DNA of 64,000 bases from Candidatus Eiseniibacteriota bacterium (GTDB lineage: Bacteria > Eisenbacteria > RBG-16-71-46 > CAVPCR01), in assembly GCA_963702435.1 (NCBI GenBank), contig CAVPCR010000003.1, positions 192,001-256,000 of the forward strand. Direction: 5' to 3'. Position numbers and translations under genes: made by a program. The notes below the pieces were generated by a model. It saw nothing but the letters and a program-made list of their open reading frames with translations, was not told the DNA's origin and did not search any database. Below, in pieces: positions 8,256 to 18,704 of the stretch; position 1 is the first letter of the stretch; each line of letters starts with the position of its first letter.

Positions 8256-11089
8256 CTAGGGAGCGCCGGCGGCCGGGCTCACGCGCAGGTTGTCGAAGTG
8301 GACGTGGCTGCGGCGCGCGACGAGACCCACGCCCCCGGCCCCGGGTTCCGCCCCCGCCGTGGCGCGCACCACCTCGCGATCGTCCACGAACCCGGTGATC
8401 TCCCCCCCACCGCGCGCAGCCGGAGCGCCCGCCGCGTGCTGCCGGGCCGCACGTACGGGAAGTAGGCGGTGGCGAGCGGCGTCACGATCTCCTGCTCGAT
8501 GCGGGCGAGGGTGACCTCGTTGTGGTTCGCCCCGCCGAGAAGGAGCGCGATCGAGTTGCCGCGCTGATCGGCGCGGCAGGCGAGCCCGCCCGAGTACGGC
8601 GCGCCGCCCACCCCGTCGATCGTGACGCTCAGGTCCACGTCGCGGAGATCGATCTCCGCGAGCACCGTGCGGGCGAGCGGGGTCGCGTCGGGCTGACACC
8701 CGAAACCGTAGGCCGAGTCCTCGACCGCCCAGGCGCCGGAGAGCACGAGGAAGCGGGCTTCGGCGGTCGAGTCGGTGAAAGCCAGGTTCACCTGGCCGGA
8801 GGCGGCGGTCCCGGACACGGCTCCCGAGGGAAGGCCCTCGTTCCCGTTCACGTCGAGGGCCGAGACCGCATAGGCGTAGGTCTCCCCGGGGGCCACGTCC
8901 AGATCCCAGAAGCGCGTCTCCTCGTACACCTCGCCGACCAGGTCGATCCGGTCTGCGCGCTTGAACCCGGGATCACGGCTCCGGTAGATGCGGTAGGCGG
9001 CGACGTGCTGGTTGTCCGTGGCCGCCGTCCAGGAGAGCGCCAGGCCGGCGCTCGCCGGACGCACCTCGAGACCCGTCACCGACGCCGGGGCGCGGCCGTC
9101 GAAGTACATGCTCGCGGTCTTGAGCCCGCGATCGAGGCCTTCGGCGGCCCATGGCGGAATGTCGCCGCGCACGAAGAGGATGCCGCGCACCCCGTCGCGC
9201 GCCGTGGCATCGGTCCGGAAGCGACCGCTCGCGGAGCTCCCGAGATGGTGCACGGCGAACTCCTCGATCGAGTCGGCGATGATGAGCTCCACATCGTATT
9301 CGCCGCTGAACCCGAGCGCCGGGAAGTCGATCCAGATGGCGGTCGAGTCCTGATGCTCCGGCGAGAGGTTGGCGGTGACGAGCAGTCCCGAGTCGTCACT
9401 GATCCGATAGACGATCGACCAGAAGTCCGTGTTCGAGGACGCCGCCACCGCGCCGACCCCCGTCGTGCGCATCTCGGTGGCGGGGCCGGGCGGGACGAGA
9501 CGCAGGAGCTGCCAGAGCGGCATCGCGTAGCGCGCCGTGGTCATGGTGCGCCCGGACGCGAACCCGGCTGGGATGAGCGGCACCGAGCCGGTGGCGGCGG
9601 CCACGGCCATGGCGCGCGCGGTCTGCATCGGCTCGCGCACGGCGAGCGGACAGGGCACCGCGTAGCCCGCCCCTCCCAGGTACGAGTTGGTGAGCGTCGA
9701 GCGCGCGGCGCGCCAGTCGGCCCGCTCGAGCCCGAATGCCACGCCGTCGGCGAGGAGGCCGAAGGAGAGGTCCGGCACCTCGAGCCCGGAGTGCACGATG
9801 AGGAGCGCGTCCGGGCCGAGGGCCGCGCGCAGGGCCTGCATCCACTCGAAGCTCGCGCGCGCGGGGAAGTCGGTGCCCGGCGCGGCCAGCACCTCGTAGT
9901 GCGCCGAGGCTTGCGCGATGAGGAGGCCGTCGAGTTCCAGGCCCCGGGCCCAGCGTCCGAGCGCCCCGCCGTCGCTCGCGGGGAGGACCGTGGCGAGGCA
10001 GACGAGCCCGCGGGCGTGGGCATCCGCGATGGTCCGCCGGAACTCCACCTCGTCGATCGGTACGTTCCCCTCTCTGCCGCCGCCGGCGCGCCAGCCCGGA
10101 CCGAGCACGAGCCCGGTGGCCCCCGCCAGCGCCATGGCCTCGATGGCGCTCGGCGACGGGTAGACCATGCCGTCGCCTTCCTCCTCGATCCAGTGCGCGA
10201 ATCGATGCCCGGTGAGGCGGGAATGCCAGGGATGGCGGCCGAGAAAGAACCCGAGGCGGTTCCGGTAGGAGAAGGGGGGTCCGAGTGTGAACGGGCTCTC
10301 TTGCTCCGGCAGGATCCAGGTGGTGAAGCTCTTGCCGTCCCGCACGGAGGACACCACCGGCACCTCGGAACCCATCATGGAGCCGGCCGATTCGAGCGTT
10401 ATCTGAAGTTGATTCGAGATGCTGCCGGCGGTGCCGAGGGCGAGGCCCAGGTTGGGGCAGTACACCGAGTTGAAGACGGGTTGGGGTTCGAGCATGCCCG
10501 AGCCCCGCTCGCGGTTGCGCTGCCAGTGCCAGAAGCCGAGCGTGAAGTCCTTCATCTCGACCGGCCAGCCCAGGGATGCCCGGGTGACGGGGAGCGGCTT
10601 CGTCCCGGCGGGAAGTTCGAGCGAGAAGTCCAGGAAGATGGCTCCCTCGGCGTGGACCGTGTAGGTCGCCTGGAAGGTGAGGGGGGTCTCCTTCTCCTTT
10701 TCGGTGGCGAGGCGGGTCTCGGTACGGACGACGACGCGGCCCGGGGTCTCCTCCGCCACGGTGACGCGACCGCCCGTGAAGGGGCCGAGCGGACCCTCTG
10801 GGGTGTAGACGAGAATCCCCGGGACAGAGGTGCGGCGGGGTCCGCGGGCCACGAGCTCGTGCCAGGCCACTCCGTCGTGGAGGCGGATCGACGTCAGGTC
10901 GCCGCCGTGAGCGGCCGACCAGGTGAGCGCGAAGTGGCTTCCGGAGACGACGACGCTTTCGGGCGCCGCCGCCACGGCGAGCGCGCCGGGCTCGAGCTCC
11001 GAGGCCGGGCTGTTCCCCGGGGCGGCGGTGACCAGAAGGAAGGCGAGGACGAGCGACAGCTGCCCACAAGGTGAGAAGATCGGTTTCAC
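8256..11089 (-). CDS. Secreted multidomain protein: glycoside-hydrolase-like barrel, Fn3 and lectin-like C-terminal domain (one apparent frameshift near 8405)
   Basis: Signal peptide; EFRRTIADAHARGL...LDGLLI barrel-like core; Fn3 (LSWTAATDNQHVAAYRIYRS...YAYAVSALDVNGNEG). The plausible C-terminus (EITGFVDDREV...GGVGLV...HFDNLRV) lies in another frame after a C-run and ends at 8256. Confidence 0.6.
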
Positions 11090-11176
11090 GACGTCTGGAT
11101 TCCTGCCGGAGAGACAAGGGGGTCGATCAGGCCGGCGAGACGCGGCGAGCGCGGGCTCCCGGCGCGGCGAGATCCG

Positions 11177-11205
11177 AAGCTAGCCAGCGCCCCCCGGGTT
11201 GTCAA
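11177..11205 (-). promoter_or_regulatory. Putative sigma70 promoter of the 11089 gene
   Basis: Minus strand TTGACA (11205-11200), 17 bp spacer, TAGCTT (11182-11177). Confidence 0.5.
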
Positions 11206-12092
11206 CGCTCGCGGACGGGATCGGCGGCCGGCGCGTTCGGCTCCTGGTCCAGGTCCACCTGGACCAGCGGCCGGCGGCGGTGCGCCGCCGCGAGTACGGG
11301 GCCGGGGAGCGCCGCGAGCTCGGCCACCTGCGCCCCGAAGCGCTCCCGGAGCGTGGCGACGAGGCAGGCGGCCATCTCCCCCGCTCCGATCGGTCGCCCG
11401 GCGGCAGCGCTCACGTCGATCGTATCCGCGGCCAGACGGCGGGCGAGAGCGGCGCGGTCCCCGTTCGTCTTGAGAAAGCGGGCGAGCGCGGACTGCTCCG
11501 GCCCCAGGAGGAGCGAGCCGTGCTGGAGGAAGGCGCGCGTCAGCCGGCGCTGGGCGCTCCCGCAGATCTTCCGGCCCGCGTGGACGAGCTCGTGCCCGTA
11601 GGCGACGGCGAAGCAGGCTGCGGCCAGATCGTCGTCGGGGGCGCTCCCGCTCCGGTCCGGGCGGCGCGGCGCGTAGGCGGCGGCGATCCCCAGGCGGGCG
11701 AGCGCCGCGATGACGAGATCGCTCACCCGCCGGTAGGTATCGTGGAGGTTCCCACCCCAGACCGGGTCGGGCACGCCGCCGACGAGCGAGTACGTGAGCT
11801 CGTTCACGTGGTAGACGGCCTTCCCCCCGGTCGAGCGGCGGACGACCGGGACCGCGGCCGCGCGGAGCGCTGCGAGGTCGAGCTCTCCCGCGGGCGCCTG
11901 CAGGCGACCGATCGAGACCGCGGCCGGGGCCCAACCGAAGAGCCGCACCCAGGTGCCGGCGATCGCCCCTTCCTGGCGAAGCTCGAGGAGCGCGTCGTCC
12001 ACCGCCATGTTCCAGGCGGGGTCGCGCGGGCCGTCCGTGACCAGGTGGATGGTGGCGGCGGCGGCGGGCGCCGCGCGAGGAGGGCCTTCCAT
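11202..12092 (-). CDS. Lipoate-protein ligase / octanoyltransferase (LplA/LipM family)
   Basis: WNMAVDDALL, VSIGRLQ, VVRRSTGGKAVYH..ELTYS, ACF, GRKICGSAQRR...FLQHGSLLL motifs. Start placed at ATG 12092. Confidence 0.9.
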   Translation of the reverse strand: MEGPPRAAPAAAATIHLVTDGPRDPAWNMAVDDALLELRQEGAIAGTWVRLFGWAPAAVSIGRLQAPAGELDLAALRAAAVPVVRRSTGGKAVYHVNELTYSLVGGVPDPVWGGNLHDTYRRVSDLVIAALARLGIAAAYAPRRPDRSGSAPDDDLAAACFAVAYGHELVHAGRKICGSAQRRLTRAFLQHGSLLLGPEQSALARFLKTNGDRAALARRLAADTIDVSAAAGRPIGAGEMAACLVATLRERFGAQVAELAALPGPVLAAAHRRRPLVQVDLDQEPNAPAADPVRER

Positions 12093-12097
12093 CGCCG

Positions 12098-12865
12098 CTA
12101 GGGCGCAGCGGGCCTCTGGCGCCGGCGAGCGCGCACCTCGAGGAGGATTGCCACGACGATGGTCGCGACGAAGAGCGCCATGCACAGCTGGGCGACGCCG
12201 GGGGCCGCGGCCGGCCAGTCGAGGAAGAGGAGATCGAAGCGCCCGATGAGGAGCGAGTAGCGAGCCATCACCGTGAAGCCGTACGAGGCGCCGAAGGACA
12301 CCATGAGGAACCAGATGCCGAGCCGGGCGGCGCCGCCGAGAGCCCCCTTGTGCTCGCGCGAGAAGAAGAAGTAGGCGAGCGAGGCGAAGGTGCCGACGAC
12401 GAGGATCAGGTTGTTCACGGCGCTCGGCCCCGAGACGTTCGTCGCATCCCAGAGCGGAGTCCCGGCGCGCGGCACCACCGAGAGCATGGTCGCCTCTACT
12501 TGAGGAACGAAGTCGCCCTGCGCGGCGCCGATCACGGCAAGCCCCGCGTACGCCCCGACCATGAAGGCGAGCGACCAGCGCGAGAGCCAGGCGAAGCGGG
12601 TCACGAAGCGGCTGTACATGAGGAGGCCGATCGCGAACGGGATGAGGAGGATGAGCCGCGGGGCGGCGCCGCCGGTCCCGGTGAGCGGCCGCCACAGATT
12701 CGGCAGGAAGACGTTGTGCCACTCGAGACCGACGAAGTAGCCGGCCGCGACCCCGATGAACAGGTGCTCCGCGAACTTGTAGATCGGGTTGTCGCGGAAG
12801 AGGAAGCTCAGTATCGCGAGCGTGAAGAGCCCGTTCAGCGTGAGCAGGATCGCTTCAGACAGCAT
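12098..12865 (-). CDS. Uncharacterised polytopic membrane protein
   Basis: About seven hydrophobic segments; TLAILSFLFRDNPIYKFAEHLFIGVAAGY and GIWFLMVSFGASYGFTVMARYSLLIGR; tightly spaced with neighbours. Confidence 0.8.
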   Translation of the reverse strand: MLSEAILLTLNGLFTLAILSFLFRDNPIYKFAEHLFIGVAAGYFVGLEWHNVFLPNLWRPLTGTGGAAPRLILLIPFAIGLLMYSRFVTRFAWLSRWSLAFMVGAYAGLAVIGAAQGDFVPQVEATMLSVVPRAGTPLWDATNVSGPSAVNNLILVVGTFASLAYFFFSREHKGALGGAARLGIWFLMVSFGASYGFTVMARYSLLIGRFDLLFLDWPAAAPGVAQLCMALFVATIVVAILLEVRARRRQRPAAP

Positions 12866-12871
12866 GGCGCC

Positions 12872-13714
12872 TCACTTCCTCCTCCGGCCGCCGAGGAAGT
12901 ACAGCAGATTCCCGAGGACGATGAAGGCGATGATGATCAGGTGCGCGAGCGACTGCCCGTCCATGCCGCGGGTCGCCGTGCCGGTCACGCCGGCGAGCTT
13001 CTCGATCTCGGCCGCCCCGGCCAGGCCGCCGAGGAGTCCGTCGAGCTGCCCTGCGTTCACGTAGGCGTAGTACTCGGGCGCGCTCACCGCGGTGCAGCCC
13101 GAGATGATGGGCAGCATCTCCCGGTTGGCGTTCTGGAAGCGCTGCCCGACCTGCTGCACCCACTCCTTGGTGCCCGGATATCCGGCCGAGATGGTGATGA
13201 GCAGATGCACGCTCGAGAAGTTCTCGACATCCTGCATGATCGGGAGGGCGGACACCGGCGTGCCGTTGTAGTCGGCGGGAAAGGCCCCCGGGATGGAGGT
13301 CCCGATGCGGACCATCACCGCCTCCTGCCCCTCCTTGAAGCCGAGGTTGACGTAGTCGACGCCGTACTCCTTGCCGTGGCGCGGCGCGACCTGGGAGAAC
13401 GCCCGGTTGAGGAGCGGCGGCCCGGCCGGCCACAGGCAGAAGCCGACGACCTTCACGTTCCGGCGGAAGCAGAGATCGAGCGCTGCCATGGTCATCGGCT
13501 GCAGCTCGGGCATGGAGCCCGGATCGTAGTCGGCGGCGAGGAGCACGGTCCCGCCGGCCGGCACCTTCTCGATCGCGGAGAAGAATCCCTCCGTCTCCCG
13601 CGACACGCGGATCGGCAAACCGAGCGGATGGATGTAGGGAATGATGATCACGATGAGGACCACGAAGAAGATGTAGCGGCGGTCGAGGTTGACGAGGCGA
13701 TCCGAGAGGCTCAT
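12872..13714 (-). CDS. Uncharacterised membrane-anchored alpha/beta protein
   Basis: N- and C-terminal TM helices flanking a soluble domain (DYDPGSMPELQPM, YGVDYVNLGF, GQLDGLLGGLAGAAE). Confidence 0.8.
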   Translation of the reverse strand: MSLSDRLVNLDRRYIFFVVLIVIIIPYIHPLGLPIRVSRETEGFFSAIEKVPAGGTVLLAADYDPGSMPELQPMTMAALDLCFRRNVKVVGFCLWPAGPPLLNRAFSQVAPRHGKEYGVDYVNLGFKEGQEAVMVRIGTSIPGAFPADYNGTPVSALPIMQDVENFSSVHLLITISAGYPGTKEWVQQVGQRFQNANREMLPIISGCTAVSAPEYYAYVNAGQLDGLLGGLAGAAEIEKLAGVTGTATRGMDGQSLAHLIIIAFIVLGNLLYFLGGRRRK

Positions 13715-13718
13715 CGCG

Positions 13719-14366
13719 TCACTCGCCTCCCAGGTAGTTGCGCTCGAGGCCGAGGATGACCTTGAGCCCGGTGGCGATGGCCCCGAGCGCCGCCCCGATC
13801 AGGATGGCGCGCTTCGCCGCGTTGTTCGGGATGTTCATGATCCAGTCTGAGATGTAGGGCAGCTGGTCCCAGATCTCGGCGCCGATCGGCACCCGGCCGA
13901 GCATGACCAGGAGGGCGGCGACGGCGAGGAGCCCGGCCTCGAACGACCGCACGCGGAAGGCGCGGAAGGCGGCGGAGGCGATGAAGAAGGCGAGGAGGGC
14001 GAACATGGTGCCCTGCATCGGCACGTAGACGTTCATGTAGAGGTCGTTGAAGAGGGACCCCTCGGCGATGCCGAAGAGCGGCGCCGATCCCAGGCTCCCG
14101 CCCACGCCGAGCACCATCATGCCCACGAGTCCGATGAGGAGCGGCACGTGGTAGAACCACTCGTGCTCGCGCCGGGCGATGCGGAGATAGCTGATGCGGG
14201 CGATGTTGGCGACGCCGAGGACGGCGGCGAAGGCGCGGATGATGATCGCCCAGGTCTCGAACTCGGTGCGGCCCGCGGTGAAGTGGCGCTGGGGAACGAA
14301 GAGCCCGATCACCATGAACAGCCCGACGATGAACGTGATGGCGAGCGGGAACTCACGCCGGAGCAT
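13719..14366 (-). CDS. Uncharacterised polytopic membrane protein
   Basis: About six TM segments; TMFALLAFFIASAAFRAFRVRSFEAGLL and WIMNIPNNAAKRAILIGAALG...LKVILGLER. Confidence 0.8.
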   Translation of the reverse strand: MLRREFPLAITFIVGLFMVIGLFVPQRHFTAGRTEFETWAIIIRAFAAVLGVANIARISYLRIARREHEWFYHVPLLIGLVGMMVLGVGGSLGSAPLFGIAEGSLFNDLYMNVYVPMQGTMFALLAFFIASAAFRAFRVRSFEAGLLAVAALLVMLGRVPIGAEIWDQLPYISDWIMNIPNNAAKRAILIGAALGAIATGLKVILGLERNYLGGE

Positions 14367-14402
14367 GATTCCCCTCCCCCGCGACCGCTCCCGCCGCCGG
14401 CG

Positions 14403-15683
14403 CTAGCGCAGCACGAACCACTGCCGGAAGCCCTCCCAGCCCACGCTCTGGGTCAAGATGCCGATCAGCATGAGGGCGATCAGGATGACCTTCATCCAGT
14501 CGGTCCCCTTGAGCACGCCGATCAGCTTCGGCTCCCGCGCCAGATACGCCGAGGCGGCATAGAACTCCTCGCCGATCAGCGTGTAGTCGCAGGCCACCAC
14601 GAAGAACGGGAGCTGATGGATGTTGGCCGTGCCGGCGATCTGCACGGCGCCGGTCGCGAACCCGGTCTCGGCGAGGATCAGCGATTCGGCGAAGAAGGAG
14701 CCGAGGAAGAGATTCGCCGCCGGCTTCTCGCGCAGCATGATGCCGTCCACGCCGGCGGTGAAGGCGAACTGCTCGTCGGACAGGTAGCGGATGTTGTTGC
14801 GGACAAAGGCATCGGGGCGGCCCGCATCGATGTAGCCCTGCTTCACCGTCTCCTCGGCGAGCGGGACGACGAAGGCGCGGCACACCGGCACGATGAGCGG
14901 CGTCTCGTAGCGGGCGACCATGCGCGCCACGTTGCCGAGGATGATCATCGAGTAGATGGTCTGGATGTTGTTCGCGTCGTCGATGCCTGGAACGTAGAGC
15001 ACCGCGCGCCCCATCTCGGTGGCGCGGCCGATCGCCTCCTCGATGGCGGTGAGGCCGGCGATCTTGCGCACGAAGGGTATGCCGCCGCGCCGCGCATGGT
15101 TCGCCGCCTGGCGGGTATAGGCGAGGACGAGCCCGAAGAAGAGGGCGAGAAGGACGAGGAGGTTCAGGCGGTCGGTGTTGAAGAAGCTCTGCCGCGCGGT
15201 GCCCGTGACCGTTGCGCTTTCCGACTCCCCGAGCTCGCCGAGCGCCGCCACGCGGTAGTGATAGGTCACTCCGTTCCGGAGCGGATGACCGGGGCCTGCG
15301 GCGTCGGTGAAGGACGCGGTCGCGGCATCCACCGTATCGATCGCCGCGAACGGGCCGTCGGCGCTCTCGGCGCGGAGGATCACGTAACCGCGGACGCCGG
15401 TCTCGGGCTCCGCCTTCCAGCTCACGCGGAGGGCCTCTCCGCCGTCGTTGGGGATGTCAGCAACGCCCACGCTGTCGGGAGAGGGCGGGATGCCTCCGGC
15501 GCCGGGGCGGCCGAGAGTCAGGGTGGCGGCTGCCGAGGTCGCCTGGTCGACCGTCTGGGCCACGGCGGCTGACGGCAGAACGAGAAGGAGAAGCGCACAG
15601 AGACGTCCCGTCTCACGCACGATCCGCGTGCGCGACACGCTGGGCCCCGGCGATGGGAGTGTCAGCGCACGCCCGGCCTCCAT
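14403..15683 (-). CDS. Signal peptide, Fn3, TM and DUF6754-like domain protein
   Basis: Fn3 (LRVSWK...GYVILRAES...YHYRVAA); then RKIAGLTAIEEAIGRATEMGRAV, FFAESLILAETG...GAVQIAGT and DYTLIGEEFYAASAYL. The DUF6754 label is from memory. Confidence 0.7.
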   Translation of the reverse strand: MEAGRALTLPSPGPSVSRTRIVRETGRLCALLLLVLPSAAVAQTVDQATSAAATLTLGRPGAGGIPPSPDSVGVADIPNDGGEALRVSWKAEPETGVRGYVILRAESADGPFAAIDTVDAATASFTDAAGPGHPLRNGVTYHYRVAALGELGESESATVTGTARQSFFNTDRLNLLVLLALFFGLVLAYTRQAANHARRGGIPFVRKIAGLTAIEEAIGRATEMGRAVLYVPGIDDANNIQTIYSMIILGNVARMVARYETPLIVPVCRAFVVPLAEETVKQGYIDAGRPDAFVRNNIRYLSDEQFAFTAGVDGIMLREKPAANLFLGSFFAESLILAETGFATGAVQIAGTANIHQLPFFVVACDYTLIGEEFYAASAYLAREPKLIGVLKGTDWMKVILIALMLIGILTQSVGWEGFRQWFVLR

Positions 15684-15688
15684 GGCGC

Positions 15689-16819
15689 CTATCCCTCGAT
15701 CATCTCCACATTGGCGCGCGGGAGGACGAAGCGCTCGCCGCCCGCGAACTCGACCTCGAGGACACGCACCTTGGCCTCGGTCTCGAGCGCCTGGAGCTCG
15801 CTCGGGAGATCGGTGACCGAGCCAAGGCGCCCGAAGTACGGTTCCCGGATGACGCGCACCGGGGTGCCGATGGTGAGGCCGACGTTCGCGTCGGCCGACT
15901 TCTCCTCGCGCACCGCCTTGATATCGGGGACGATGAGCTCCGGCCGGAGGACGCCGGCCCGGATCTGGGTGGCGCCGTTCATCGAGGCCGTGCGTCCCAC
16001 GTTGGCCACGAGCAGGTCGTGGGTCTTCTGCGCCATCGGCATGTTGCCGAAGCCCTCGGTGACCATGAGCGTGATGCCGATCTCCTCGTGGCCGGTGATG
16101 GCGACGCCGAGATCGTAGCCGAGGAACTCGCGGAGGTCCTGATCGGAGAAGCCCCCGACCACGATCCCGGCGACACCCGCCTTGACGGCGGCGGCGAGCG
16201 TCTCCTTGGTCACGTGGGCTCCGCCGATCAGGATCGCGCCCCTGGCCTTGGGCCCGAGGGCGGCGAGGGCCGCGATGTCGAACTCGGCGGCCGGCCCCTT
16301 GACCGCGAGGGTGAGCGTGCCGTGAGTCTCGCCGCCGATGCCGAAGATCCCCTGGATGAACGCACCCTTGGTCTCGATCACCACGCCCTGGCGCTCGATC
16401 ACGTCCACCACCGTGCCGTCCACGTAGGCCTGCACCTCGAGGGGGATGGGCGGCTCGCGCAGGATGACGTTCCCGGTCACCTTCGACACGGTCTCGATGG
16501 TGCCGGTGACCGGCGATTGCACGCGCGACGTGAAGAGCCCGAAGAAGCTCTTGTTGAGGGCGAGCACCTCGCCCTTCTGGATCGTCTCGCCCTCATGCTT
16601 GACCAGCGACCGCTCGAGGTCCTCGGGCAGGAGACCGAGGATGTTGGCGACGTTCACCGTCTGCACGTTGCCGGGGAGTTCGGTCTTCGCCACGATGTCG
16701 GTGGCACTCACCGTCTGACCCTTCTTGACCGTCACCTCGCCCAGGATCGGCAGCCGCCGATCCCGATGGAGCGTGGTCGACTTGGTGACCGTGAGCCCGG
16801 GGGTATAGGCATGAGCCAT
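15689..16819 (-). CDS. Uncharacterised soluble protein with barrel-sandwich-hybrid-like repeats and a C-terminal KOW/SH3-like domain
   Basis: GEVTVKKGQTVSATDIVA, VKHEGETIQKGEVLA...VQSPVTGTIETV, VQAYVDGTVVDV; AVKAGVAGIVVGG; GTPVRVIREPYFGRLGSV. Confidence 0.75.
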   Translation of the reverse strand: MAHAYTPGLTVTKSTTLHRDRRLPILGEVTVKKGQTVSATDIVAKTELPGNVQTVNVANILGLLPEDLERSLVKHEGETIQKGEVLALNKSFFGLFTSRVQSPVTGTIETVSKVTGNVILREPPIPLEVQAYVDGTVVDVIERQGVVIETKGAFIQGIFGIGGETHGTLTLAVKGPAAEFDIAALAALGPKARGAILIGGAHVTKETLAAAVKAGVAGIVVGGFSDQDLREFLGYDLGVAITGHEEIGITLMVTEGFGNMPMAQKTHDLLVANVGRTASMNGATQIRAGVLRPELIVPDIKAVREEKSADANVGLTIGTPVRVIREPYFGRLGSVTDLPSELQALETEAKVRVLEVEFAGGERFVLPRANVEMIEG

Positions 16820-16835
16820 GGCTGTTCTCCCCTCC

Positions 16836-18704
16836 CTATCCCGCCATCACCGGCGCGCCCGCGGGCTGCGCCACGCGCGCCCTGCGCGGCGCAGCCGGGT
16901 ATTCCTGGAGCGCCTCGATCCACTTGTTGAGCAGCGCGATCCGCTCGTCGCGCGCCTCCGGCAACACGAACGGCCGGCGCCCGCGCCCGTCGAGGAGGAT
17001 GCCGACCTCGCCGCCCGCAAGCTGCGCCTTGATCGACCGGCCCTTGCCCTCGCCGAGGTCCAGGTTCTTCCCGGGGGTGAGCACGGCCTCCACGACCTCG
17101 CCGAGCGGCGCCGCGATGCACCGGATGTCGCCGAAGAGGACCTCGTACTCCTCCTTCTTCCCGCCGGCGCGCGTCAGGCTCGCCTTGAGCGCGAGCTCGC
17201 CGGCCCGCCCCGGCCCCCAGGGCGCGACAGCCGAGCCGAGGCGGATCAGGCAGTCCTTGCGAAAGACCTCGGTCGCCGCCCTCTCGTGCACCGCGGCGAG
17301 CACGCCGAGCTGCGGCATCATGAAGATGGAGTCGACGGCCAGCTCGGTCACGCCCTCCGGCAGGAAGGCGTCGAGCATCATGAGCGCCGCCTGCACACGG
17401 CGCGGCGCGTGCGAGAGCACGCCGCCCGAGCCGACCAGGAGATCCAGCGCGATCAGGTCGATGAGCGTGGCGCCGCTCGTCGTTCTGGTCGAAGGTGTCG
17501 GAGATCGTGCGCTCCTGCTGCACGCCCTTCAGGCCCACGGCGAGCTGCTTGTGCTGCTCGAAGGCCAGCCGCAGCGCCTCGCGCGCGATCGCCTGCTCGA
17601 CCATCAGCTCCTCGAGGGTCTGCGGGATGGTGGTCGGGCGGATCATCTTGTTCTTGATGCGGTTGCGCAGGTCCGCCTCGTCCATGCTGAAGGGCACCCA
17701 GCGCATCACGTTGGCAAGCCCCGCCTCGGCGAGCACGTTCGAGATCGAGTAGCTCATGCCGAGGTTGGCGCTCACCGTGCGGTTGAACACGCCCTGGAAC
17801 ACCGAGAAGACGTCGGTCGTGGCGCCGCCGATGTCGACGCCGATGACCGCGATCTTCTCCTCGTCGGGCGATCGTCTCGATGATCGACCCCACCGCGGCC
17901 GGCGTGGGCATGATCGGCACCGCGGTCCACGACATGAGCTTCGAGTAGCCCGGGGCCTGGGCCATCACGTGCTCCATGAAGAGGTCGTGGATCTTGTCGC
18001 GCGCGGGCCCCAGGTTCTCCTGCTCCAGCGACGGCCGTAGGTTGTCGCACGACGACAAGGGCCGTCTTGCCGCCCAGGATCTTCTCGATGAGGCCTGCCG
18101 CGTCCTTGTTTCCGGCGTAGATGACCGGGAGCTCGTAGCCGGCGCCGAGGCGCGCCTTCGGCTCGGCTGCGGCGATGAGCTCCGCGAGCTCGACCACGTG
18201 CTGCGTGGTGCCGCCGTCGGTGCCGCCCGAGAGGAGGATCATGTCGGGACGGAGCTGCCGGATCCGGCGGATCTTCTCGTGCGGCAGCCGGCCGTCGTTC
18301 GACGCGATCACGTCCATGACGATGGCCCCGGCGCCGAGGGCCGCGCGCTGCGCGCTCTCCCCGGTCATCTGCTTGACCACCCCGGCCACCATCATCTGGA
18401 GACCGCCGCCCGCCGAGGAGGTCGAGAGGTAGAGGTCCACGCCGCGGTCGCCCTGCTGAGGCGTGATGATCTGGTCGCCGTCGAGCATCTGGCGCCCGCA
18501 GAGCTCTTCCACCTCGCGGATGGCGTTCAGCACGCCGCGGGTCACGTCTTCGAAGGGCGCCTCGACCGTGGTCGGCGCCTCGCCGCGCACGATGAGGCGG
18601 TAGGACTCGCCCTGCTTCTCGATCAGGATGGCCTTCGTGGTGGTCGAGCCGCAGTCGGTGGCGAGAATCGAGCGGATCTGGTTGGGCTGAATGGTCTGGC
18701 TCAT
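16836..18704 (-). CDS. GlmL/MutL-like (glutamate mutase L family) actin-fold ATPase, reconstructed across frameshifts near 18050, 17870 and 17480
   Basis: ILATDCGSTTTKA (phosphate-1), TSSAGGGLQM, PDMILLSGGTDGG, VIYAGN, IMPTPAAVG, VDIGGATTDVFS (phosphate-2), RTVSANLGMSYS and GSGGVLSHAP spread over four consecutive ORFs. Confidence 0.8.

Noticed and set aside
16836..18704. DNA mismatch-repair MutL or a glutamate mutase operon
   Set aside because: Motifs are actin-fold (DxGSTTTK, DIGGATTD), not GHKL; no mutase subunits are adjacent.
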